A stretch of 64,000 bases of DNA from the human T2T-CHM13v2.0 reference genome, Homo sapiens: assembly GCF_009914755.1 (NCBI RefSeq), contig NC_060940.1, one strand, 5' to 3'. A model generated the notes under the pieces. That model saw only the letters and a program-made list of their open reading frames with translations. It had not been told where the DNA came from and searched no databases. Shown here piece after piece: positions 53,800-64,000 of this stretch. How positions within the stretch are numbered: the stretch's first letter is position 1; each line of letters starts with the position of its first letter. A program made the position numbers and the translations under genes.

Positions 53800-56700
53800 T
53801 CATTTATTTAAGAAATATTTGAAAAGCAAAGATTTCATCATTTTGGTGAAGTCCAATTTATCTGTTTTTCTTTTATGGAACATGTTTTTGATATTATATC
53901 TAAGAAACCTTTTCTTAGTCTGAGGTCATAAATATTTTCTCCTATTTTTTTTTCCTAGAAGTTTTACAGTTTTAGCTCATACAATTAGGTCTATGATCCA
54001 TTTTAGTTAATTTTCGTATATGACCTAAGGATCTAGGTTTAGTTTTTGTAAATGAATAACCAGTTCTTATAGAATCATTTGTTGAAAGAACATCTTTCTC
54101 CTATTGAATTGTCTTAGCATCTTTGATGAAAATTAATTGACTATTTATGTGGGTTGGATTCTGAACTCCACTTAGTTCCATTGATCTATCTATCTCTCTT
54201 AATGTGGATTCTACACTGTCTTAACTACTGTTGCTTTACACTGAATTTTAAAATAAGGCAGTATTAAGTACTCTAACTTCATTCTTACTTAGCAAGATTG
54301 TTTTGGCTATTCTAGGTATTTTTGTATTTCTATATAATTTTAAAATCAGCGTGTCAATTTTTCCAATCTTTCTAGACTTTTGGCAGGAATTTCAGTTAAT
54401 TTGTAGATCAATTGACATCTAACAATATTGAGTCATCTAATCCATTAACATGATATATCTCTCCATTTATTTAGGCATTTATCTGAGTGATGTTTTTTAG
54501 TTTTCAGTGCAAAGGTTTCACACTTATTTTGTTAAATTTATTCCTAATTATTATTGCTATAGTTTGAGTGTCTCTACCAAAACGCATGTTGGAACGCTTA
54601 AGAGGTAGGGCCTATTGGGAAGTGTTTGGGTCTTGGGAGCTCTTCCTTTGTGGGAAGCTTGGTACTATTCTTACACTGGTGAGTGAGTTCTCACTCTTGT
54701 GAGATTAGTTCTCTCAGGAATGGATTAGTTACCATGAGAATGAATTGCTATACGGTGAGGTCAGGCTTCATGCTTGGCCTCCTGGTACTTGCCTACTCCC
54801 CTTTGACCTTATTCTAACATGTTGTGACACAACACTAAAGCTTTCACCAGAACCCAAGCAGATGCCAGTGTCATTCTTTCCAGCCTGCAGAACTGCAAGC
54901 CAAATATACCTCTTTATAAATTACTCAGTCTCCGGTATTCTGTTACAGCAACACAAAACGGACTAAGACAGAAAATTGGTACTGAAAGTGGGATGTTGCT
55001 ATTTAGATTTTCAAAAATGCAGAAGCATCATTGGAACTGGGTAATGCGCAGAAGTTGGAAAAGTTTGAAGGAGCAGACTAGAAGAAGACTGTATTGCCAT
55101 AAACAGAGCATTAAGGATAATTTCAGTGAGGGCTCAAAAGACAACAAAAAGATGAGAGAAAGTTTAGAATTTCTCAGAGATTGGTTAAGTAGTCATTACC
55201 ACAATGCTGATAAAAATATGGACAGCAAAGGCCATTCTAATGAGATCTCAGATAGAAATGAGGAACAAGGTATTAGGAACTGGAGACCAAGTCATCCTTG
55301 TTAGACCATAGCAAAAATTTGGCTGTGTTGTTTCTAAGGCTTTGTGCCCTAAGGTTTTGTGGAAGGCCAAACTTAAGAGTGATGAACTAGGGTACCTGGC
55401 AGAAGAAATTTCTAAGCAAAATATAGAGCAGCTATGTAGTTACTCCTTACTACATTCAGTGAAATGCAAAATGACAATGGAAGCAAACACAAAAATTTGA
55501 AAATTAATAGCCTGGCCATGTGGAAGAGAATGAAAGAGCATTTTCAGGTGAAGAATCCAAGGGTGCAGCAGAACAACCAATACTAAAGAGATTAGCACTG
55601 AGAGAAGAAAACCAGTTGACAATTATTGAGACAATTTTTTTAAAGGCCCTGAAGACATTTCAGAAATTTTTGAGGTTGCCTCTCCAGAGGTCTAGGAGGA
55701 CAGAATGGTTTTAAGAGACAGAACCCATGCATCACTGCCCTGTGCTGTTTTGAGATCCTGCTCCCCAAATTCTGGCACAGCCCTCAGCAGCCACCCAACC
55801 CATGGCACAATCATACTCAGGTGTGGCTCAGGCTGCCATTCCACAAGATACAAACCATAAACCTTGGTGACACACAGTCATGGATCAAGCAGCCTCAGAT
55901 ACAGCTCATGACAGCACTCTGGAGGGTGCAAGCGGTAAGCCTTGATGGCTTTTACAACCTTGTGGTACTATTTTTGCAGATGTGCAGAATACAAGAGAAG
56001 TGGAGGCATGGTGGCTGCCACCTAGATTTTAAGGAATGTACTGAAAAGACTGGGAGCTCAGGTGGAGACTTGTTGCAGGGCCAGAGCCACTGCAGTGTAC
56101 CTCCCCTAGGGCAAAGCTGAGGAGAAATGTAGGGTTGGAGCTGCCACAAAGAGTCTGTACCAGGGCAATGCCCAGTGAATCCACGAAGTGGACCACCACT
56201 GGGACTCCAGAACTATAGAGCCATTGCCACCATGCAACCTCAGCCTGGAAAGGCCACAGGTATCCAACTCCAACCAGTGAGAGTAGCCATGTGGCTATGC
56301 CCAACAAAGCAATGGAGGTGGGGCTGCCCAAGGCTTTAGGGATAAAAACTCCCCACTGTGCCCAGGAGGTAGCACATAGAGTGGAGAATTATTCTGGAGC
56401 TTTAAGATTTAGTGTATGCCCTGCTGAGTTTTGCACTTGCTCGAGGTCTGTCACCTCTTTCTTCTTTTGGCTTATTTCTCCCTTTTGGAATGGGACTGTC
56501 TGCCATATGACTATTCCACCATTGTATCTTGGAAGTAAATAACTTGTGTTTTTTTATTTTTATTTTTATTTTACAGGCTCATAGCTAGAAGGAATTTGCT
56601 TTGAGTCTTATATGAGACTTTGGGCTTTGACCTTTAAATTGTTACTGGAATAAATTAACACTTTGGGGACCATTGAGATTGAATAATTACATTTTGTAGT

Positions 56701-58580
56701 GTAAGAGGGACATGAGTTTGGGGTTCCAAGGGTGAAATGCCATGGTTTCCGTGTTTCTGTCAAAAATCATGTTGGAACCTTTAAGAGGTAGGGCCTAATG
56801 GGAGATGCTTGGGTCATGCGGGCTCTGCCATTTTAAGCAGCTTCGTGCAGTCCTCATATAGTGAGTGAGTTCTTGCTCTCATGAAACTGGATTGGTTCCT
56901 GTGGAAATAGATTAGTTGCCCTGAGAATGGATTGTTATAAAGCAACCCATTGTACAAGGTTGTACCTTGTGTTTGGCCTCTTGGCACTTTCCCACTTCCT
57001 CTTTGGTCTTCTGCCATGTTGTGATGCACTGCTAAAGCCCTCACCAGAAGCTAAGCAGATACTGGTGCCATGCTTCTTGAACTTCCCAGTCTGGAGAAAC
57101 ATGAGCTAAATAAACCTCTTCGTACAGTCTCAGGTATTCTATTATAACAACATAAAACAAACTAAGACATTTATTTTTGATGCTATTGTGATTGGAATTG
57201 TTTTCTTTATTTCATCTTTGTATTGTTTGTTGCTACTATATATATAACCAATTTTTGTATATTGATCATATACTCTACAAACTTACTAAGCCCCCCTCTT
57301 AGTTCTAGTAAGTCTGGGAGGGGGTGTGGTATGTGGGTGTGTGTGTGGGTGTGTTCCTTAGGATTTTCTGCATACAAGGCTAACAATAAAAAGAGTTGTC
57401 TTTTTTCCATACCTTTTTTCCTTGACTATTGCACAAACTAAGACCTGTGGTGCATTGTTAAATAGAAGTGGTAAACACAGATATCTTTGCATGTTTCCTA
57501 ATCTAGAGGGAAGCACATTCTTACCATTAAATATGTTGGCTATAGGCTTCTGGTAGATGCCTTGATCATTTGAAGAAGTTCCCTTCTATTCATAAGTTGA
57601 TGAGATTTTTTTTAATGTATGATTGTTGAATTCTGTCAAATGCTTTTCTGCATCTATTGAGGTGATCATATGGTTTTGTCCTTTATTCTGTTAATATAGT
57701 TTATTACATTGATTTTCGGATGTTAAGTCAACCTCACATTCCTGAGATAAACTTCATTTGATTATGGTATAAAATCCTTTTCATATGTTGCTCAATTACA
57801 TTTGCTAATATTTGGTTAAGAATTTTTATGTCTAGGTTCACAAGGGATATTGGTATATAGCTGTGTTTGCTTGTAATGTCTTTGTCTTGTTTTGATATCA
57901 GGGTAATATTGATATCAAATGAAATAAGGTTAGTTGGGAAGTTTCCTTCATCCTCTATTTGCTGAATAAAGTTTTTGTAACATTGGTATTATTTCCTCCC
58001 TTAGTAGTTTGATAGAATTCACCAGTGAAGTATATTTTTTCTCTATAGGAAGATTTGAAATTACTGATGCAATTTCTTTACTTGATATTGGTATTTGTTT
58101 TTTTTTCTTTTTCCTTGAGTCAGTTTTGGTAATTTGTGTCTTTCAAGGAATTGTTCTATTTTATCTAAGTTGTCAAATTTTTTGCCTTAAAGTTATTATG
58201 CTATTTTCTTAACATCCTTTTAAGGGTAGGGTCTGTGGTGATATTTCTCTTTGATTCTTGATTTTGGGATTAGTGTCTTCTTTCTTTTTTCTTGGTCAAT
58301 TTAACTAAATATTATTTATCTTCTTGACTTTCTGAAATAAGCAATTTTGGGTTTCTTTGGTTGTTTTTAACGTTATCCTGTTCTGTATTTCTCGTTTTCC
58401 ACTGTGACATTTTTATTTCATACATCCTACTTACTTTCGGCTTGGTTTACTCATCTTTTTCTAGAGTCTTAAGATGGAAGTTTTGATTATCAATTTTAGA
58501 TTATTTTTTCTTTCTGTTTTTAAAGCTATACATTTTCCTCTATACTCTGCTTTAATTGCATCCTGTAAATATTGCTATGT
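53800..58580 (-). mobile_element. Old L1M fragment (host of the MST element; interrupted at 54555-57169)
   Basis: Degenerate antisense ORF2 (gttaaatttattccta...|...tttttgatgctattgtga; tcaaatgcttttctgcatctattgagg). Confidence 0.75.
54555..57169 (+). mobile_element. Full-length MST-type MaLR element: LTR 54555-54970, internal region, LTR 56738-57169
   Basis: Both LTRs begin tg(c)tat/catggttt and end actaagaca. The internal region begins gaaaattggtac. Near-TSD attat/tttat. Confidence 0.85.
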
Positions 58581-60490
58581 TTTTGGTTTTTTGTATTTTA
58601 AGTTTATAACATTTTATTTATAAAAATAGGCTGGGGGAAAAGGATTTATACCACTGCATTCTTTCCTGGGGGAGAACTATTTTGGGCCATTTTTGAAATT
58701 TTTTTTCCTCTTAACAATTTTCAGAGTCACATTTGAATTCCTTCAGAATGGTATTTGTCAACAAAAAAGTTCAAGTGAAAAGGAGGAGGGAAACTGGGGA
58801 AGCATGAAGAAAGGGAGTGAGAGAAGAAGGAGTGGGCATACAACAGTCAACACATAAAGAAATGGTTTTTACTGAAATGACTCTGCCCTGTGCCTCATGC
58901 ACTAGGTGATGCAAGCATGCTGCTCAGACATCAACACCAAATGTCATTTAGAAATGGTAGTCTTCTCTGGGTTCTGAAGGACACTCATTCCCCAACATGA
59001 CACTATTAAATGATGCTTTCAAGGCAGACACTAAGACATTACTCCAAAGAGAAGGCTCTGGTGGCAGATGCTGGGGCCATATTCTTTATAGTCCTTCTTG
59101 GTGTGACAGACCTGAAATAACTCCAGAGTTGAGGCTAGCATTAAGCTTCCAAACCATAAGGCATAGTGCTGCATGTGACGGATTACCACCCGGACCTCTG
59201 TAAGCTTAGGTTTGATTATCCTGCCACTGAGCTCCTTACTGAGTTTTAATCTGGCATGTACCACTCTTCAAATCTCTCTGTAGTTGAGATTCATATCCCT
59301 GAATATGGCCAAACCCCTTGAAAGAACAACATTCTTATACAGTGGACAATGCACATCAATGGGACAGTTTTGTATTCATCAACAATATTCAAGATGGATT
59401 CCATAAAGTCTGGGTTGGCAAACTCTGGGTAAAAAAATATTTCAGGTTGCAGGAGCCTTTTGTAACCAACGTCTATTATGAACTTCTCCTGGTTGATCAC
59501 ATTGATACCTGTGTACTGTTTGATCCACTTCCAGGGATCCACATCATACTTAGCAAATTCCTTGACTATATCAGGGCAAAAGTAACAGTATTTCTCCTTA
59601 ATGGCTTTTGTGGTCTCCAGTGACTGCTCAAGAGGGATTCCTACCTCCCTCTCCCTTAGCAGTTGTTGAATGAAATACACAGTATCACCTACAATCAGGA
59701 TGTGATTGATGCAGCTCTCAATTACATAACCTTCTACAACTGGGAGAACAAGGGTGACTCCATCTCCTTTGTCAATGACTGTACTCATTAACATATATTC
59801 ACCCACTTGTTGAGATGTCCAAGATACTTCCAAGGCTAGTACATCCTGAACTGCAATGTAGAATCCTGGTACATTAAATAGTTCAAACATAATTTCTGCA
59901 AAAATGCTCTGTATTTTCTAGTGTATTCAGTGGAAGTTCTGTCATTAAAAAATAATGGTCCTCAGATTCTGCTCAAAGATATTTAAAAACCACTTGCTCC
60001 ATGAACCTTTCCATAATATCCCAGTCTTCAGTGATTCCATGTCATATTGACCACTTTGTAGCATACATATTTATCAATGGCTTCATCCTGTATGAAAAAG
60101 TCAAGGTCATCAACTCCCTTCAACATTCTCCCTTGGGCTTTGTCAACTACCTTTGCTGACTCTCTGATAGAAATGCATAAAAGAATAGTAAACTATGGCT
60201 CAGTGTTGCCTGCATAGCCAAGCTCAGAATATCTACTGAGGTGATCACAGGGCTGAGACCCAGAGCAGTGGGTACAACTCAATCTCCAGGTGTGGGCTGG
60301 ATGTCAGGGGCTGAGAGCAAGGCAATGGAGGAGCCAGGGTGGGCACTGAGTGGCTCTTACCTGATGCCACAGTCTGCCACACAGGAAGGCAGGAACCCCG
60401 CCATGCTTGGAATACACAACACTTAGCCCCACTGGCCACCCTGGAGCACCCTGCCACCATCCACTTGGCAACCCACTCACCCCATACACC
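58580..60490 (-). pseudogene. ACTR3B: ACTR3B processed pseudogene (ACTR3BP-type)
   Basis: ATG 60404-60402 (MAGFLPSCVADCG), then contiguous intronless exons 2-12: LGYAGNTEP*, ORF 59291-59890 [15 protein letters not shown]..., C-terminus ...[16 protein letters not shown] with TAG at 59031-59033. AATAAA at 58613-58618 and a decayed A-tail at ~58580-58599. Stops and frameshifts. The symbol refers to the parent gene. Confidence 0.93.
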
Positions 60491-60539
60491 CTGTCTCCTG
60501 TGTGTTTCCACTTTTATTCATTTTAAGATATATTGTAGA

Positions 60540-60640
60540 TAGGTGCAGCAAACCACATGGCACGTGTATACCTATGTAACAAACCTGCACGTTCTGCACA
60601 TGTATCCCAGAACTTAAAGTACAATAAATTTTAAAAAAGG
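60540..60640 (+). mobile_element. Short L1PA 3'-end fragment
   Basis: ggtgcagcaaaccacatggcacgtgtatacctatgtaacaaacctgcac...cttaaagtacaataaa. Confidence 0.85.
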
Positions 60641-61327
60641 AATATTTTAAAGGATCAACCTACTATTTGGCAGTCATGGAAATAGTGAATGGGAATTAAA
60701 GGGAAAAAATAAGTAAGCAAAGGAAGGGAGGAGGAAAGGGAAAAAGAAAGGAAAGAAAAGGAAAAGGGAAATACAAGAAAAGGAGACAAATAAATAAATA
60801 AATAAACAAATAAGTGACTGAAAGTCTGAGAGTCGGCAAATACTATTCAGACAACACCGACAAAATAGGCCTCTTGCTAAAAATAGCAGAATGCACAAAG
60901 TACAGGAGCATCCTGTCTGTCCTGAGAGGCTGGGGAGGTTTAGGAAAAGAGGCTGGGGAGATTTGAGACAGGTCTGAAGTATGTAGTCAGTTTTTGCTTA
61001 GTGGAAAAAGTAATCATGGGTGATTCAGAAAAAGGAAGATACTTACATAATAATTGTTTTGTACCTTTTTTTAGTCTTCTATTACTTTCATAAAATTATC
61101 TTTGCATCAAAAATTATTAACACTTTCAGGACTCCTTGTATGCAAAATTCTTTGAATTGCATTTCTTAATTTGTGATCACACTGGTAATTTATCTAGCAC
61201 AATGAACTGAATGTGTGTCTTTACGTTTAAAGGGAAAAATAAAATTCAAAACAGCATATTTGATATAATTTATGATTAGATAATAGAGAAATATAAATTT
61301 TAATATAATTTTTAGAAAGTAAAACTT

Positions 61328-61595
61328 AGACCAGTCACGATGGCTCCTGCCTGTAATCCCAGCACTTTGGGAGGTTGAGGCGGGTGGATCACCTGAGGTC
61401 AGGAGTTCAAGACCAGCCTGACCAACATGGAGAAACCCTGTCTCTACTAAAAATACCAAATTAGCCAGTACTAACGATTCATGAGAAATCTGCCCCCATG
61501 ATCCATTCACCTCCCAGCAGGACCTATCTCCAACTTTGGGGATTACAATTCAACATGAGATTTGGGCAGGGACACATATCCAAACTATATCAACA
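61328..61595. mobile_element. Alu left arm (+) joined to a MaLR LTR fragment (-)
   Basis: Alu to ttagcc at ~61467, then catgagaaatctgcccccatgatcc...aattcaacatgagatttgggcagggacac...atatca. Confidence 0.75.
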
Positions 61596-61827
61596 GAGTT
61601 TCATTGTGTTGCTCGGGCTAGTCTCAAACTCCTAGCCTCAAGCAGTACTTCTATCTCAGCCTCCCAACTACCTTTGGGGATTATAATAATCAATCATCTT
61701 CACTTTTTACAATCTACTTTGGTTTAGTAATTTTTACTTAATTCCAGTGTTATATAGCAACTTTGATCAATGTATCTCTTATATGCTATGAACTCAGCAG
61801 TATTGTTATAGTTATTGCCTATAATAA

Positions 61828-62184
<357 letters not shown>

Positions 62185-62199
62185 CACATACAATCTTTT

Positions 62200-63600
62200 A
62201 TACTTACAAATTTATTTACCATTTCCCGTGCCATTTATTCCTTATAGGTTCAAGTTGCCATCTGGTGTCATATCCTTTTATCTTAAAAGCATTTTCTTTA
62301 GTGTTTCTTTAGCAAGGATAAGTTCTCTTTATTTTTATTTATCTGGAAATGTCTTTATTTCAGCTCCATTTTTGAAGGATCATTTAAATGGATACAGAAT
62401 TTTTAATTGACAGTTATTTTTCCCTCCACTTTTGAAATGTCGCTTCATAAGGCCTCCATTTTTTTCAGATAAAAATGCCAGTATTGATAATATTATTGTT
62501 CCCCTGTATGTGATAAGTCATCCCTTGCTACTTTCATGATTTTCTTATTATCCTTGGTTTTCACCAATTTGACAAGGATGGCTCTAGGTGTGAATCTCTT
62601 TGTGTTTATCCTACTTGAGATTTGTTGGACTTCTTATATCTGAAGATTAATGTTTTTCGTAGCATTTTTGAAGTTTTCAGACATTATGTTTTCAAATATT
62701 TTTCTGTCCTCTTATCTCTCTCTTCTCCTGGAATTCCCATTATGCATATGGTAGTGCTCTTGATGGTATCCCATAAGTTTCTGAGGATCTCTTTATTATC
62801 CTTCATTCTTTTTTCTTTTTGTTCTTCAGATTGATTAACCTCTACTGGTCTATCTTCAAGTTCACTGATACTTTCTTTCACAAGGTCAAATATGCTATTG
62901 AACCTCGTTAGTGATTTTTTCACTTTAACTGTTGTACTTTTCAATTCTAGATTCTATTTTTAAACATATTCTGTCTCCTTATTCATATTCTCTATTAGAC
63001 AGCACATTATCATATTTTTAATTTGAACATATTTATAATATATACTTTCAAAACTTTCTTTCTAAATCCAATATCTGAATTGAGACAGTTTCTATTCACT
63101 GCTTTTTTTCCAGAGTATGAGCCATATTTTCCTGTTTCCTTACATGTCTGATAATTTTTAATTGAAAACTAAACACTTTAATTACACATTATAGCAAATC
63201 TGGATTTGGTTTTTATTTGTTATTGTCTTTGTTGTTGTTATGTTTTGGTAATTGGCCTATACTTGTGCTGTGTAATCCTTCTGCCCAGTGGTTTTCAGCA
63301 TTGATGTCTTTTATATTGTGTTGTTGTTGTTATTGTTGTTTTAGCCTGTCTTTCTAGGGATTTCCTTTGTGTCTGTTGCATAGCTTGATTTTTGAGAGAC
63401 ATTATATTAAAGCTAGTAAGGCTTCCACTCTCTGCCAAATAATCTGTGGGTGGGTGGGTGAATGCATTCAAAGTTGCAATTAATACTCAAGTCTTACTTC
63501 ATTTTTACTTTTTGTCATACTATCTTGAGTCTTTCCTGCACTTCCATACTTTTCCAATCGGCAATACGTGTGGAGAACTTTTCTCAAACTTTTTATGATT
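62200..63600 (-). mobile_element. Old L1M ORF1-region fragment
   Basis: ORF 62684-62944 (-) ...ESISELEDRPVEVNQSEEQKEKRMK...LRNLWDTIKSTTICIMGIPGEE resembles L1 ORF1p. Confidence 0.75.
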
Positions 63601-63649
63601 CTCTCCTTTCCAGGATTTCTCTCTCTCTCTCTTTTTTTTTTTTTTTTTA

Positions 63650-64000
63650 GTAATACTCAGGTTTTTAATTTATTATAGTGAATGGATACAAAGCAAAATT
63701 AGCAAAGGGAAAAAGTTGTATGTGGTAAAGTCTGGAGGATACCAGGCATGAGCTTCCTGGAATCATCTCCTGTGGAGTTACAAGGATGTGTTTCTCTTTC
63801 CCAGCATGAAATTTTGACAGCACATGTGCAATGTCATCTACCAGGACCAGAGTCTCATTAGAGACTCAGTTCTCAGGATTTTACGGAGGTTACTCTCCTT
63901 CACATGTACCAGAATTCCAGACTCTCAGAGGAAAAGCAGCTGTTCAGAGTAAACCACATTGTTTGTATAAACAGTTTAGGCATAGTGAGCCACTCTTCTC
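63650..64000. mobile_element. MER21-like LTR fragment
   Basis: atttattatagtgaatggatacaaagcaaaattagcaaagggaaaa...tctggagga.accaggcatgagcttcc resembles the recalled MER21 consensus. Confidence 0.6.

Overview
Human (AluYa5 and AluYg6 are present) non-coding DNA that reads as a pericentromeric-type segmental-duplication mosaic. I see no intact protein-coding gene, RNA gene or CRISPR array. From left to right: (1) three exons of an intron-containing RALGDS/RGL4-like pseudogene (+, 297-~1200); (2) AT-rich DNA with L1 and Alu copies; (3) a ~3.9-kb degenerate (CATTT/CATCT)n pentamer satellite with 112-bp and ~1.12-kb higher-order duplications; (4) a ~5.9-kb G-skewed CAGGG(C) array with an internally inverted segment, followed by a REP522-like GC-rich repeat; (5) a copy of the 22q12 TTC28-CHEK2 segment, with the TTC28 CpG-island promoter and disabled exon 1 (-) and CHEK2 exons 13-15 (-); (6) an L1PA interrupted by an opposite-strand internal L1 segment, and a full-length MST (MaLR) element; (7) an ACTR3B processed pseudogene (-) that keeps 128 nt of apparent intron-1 sequence. 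Gene identities come from manual translation compared with remembered protein sequences, with no database search. The most interesting points are the captured TTC28 promoter with an intact splice donor pointing into the repeat arrays, CHEK2 paralog variants that mimic clinical alleles such as T476M, the fossil extended exon 1 in the ACTR3B retrocopy, and the RALGDS-like exons. I found no convincing evidence of an entirely new biological system.
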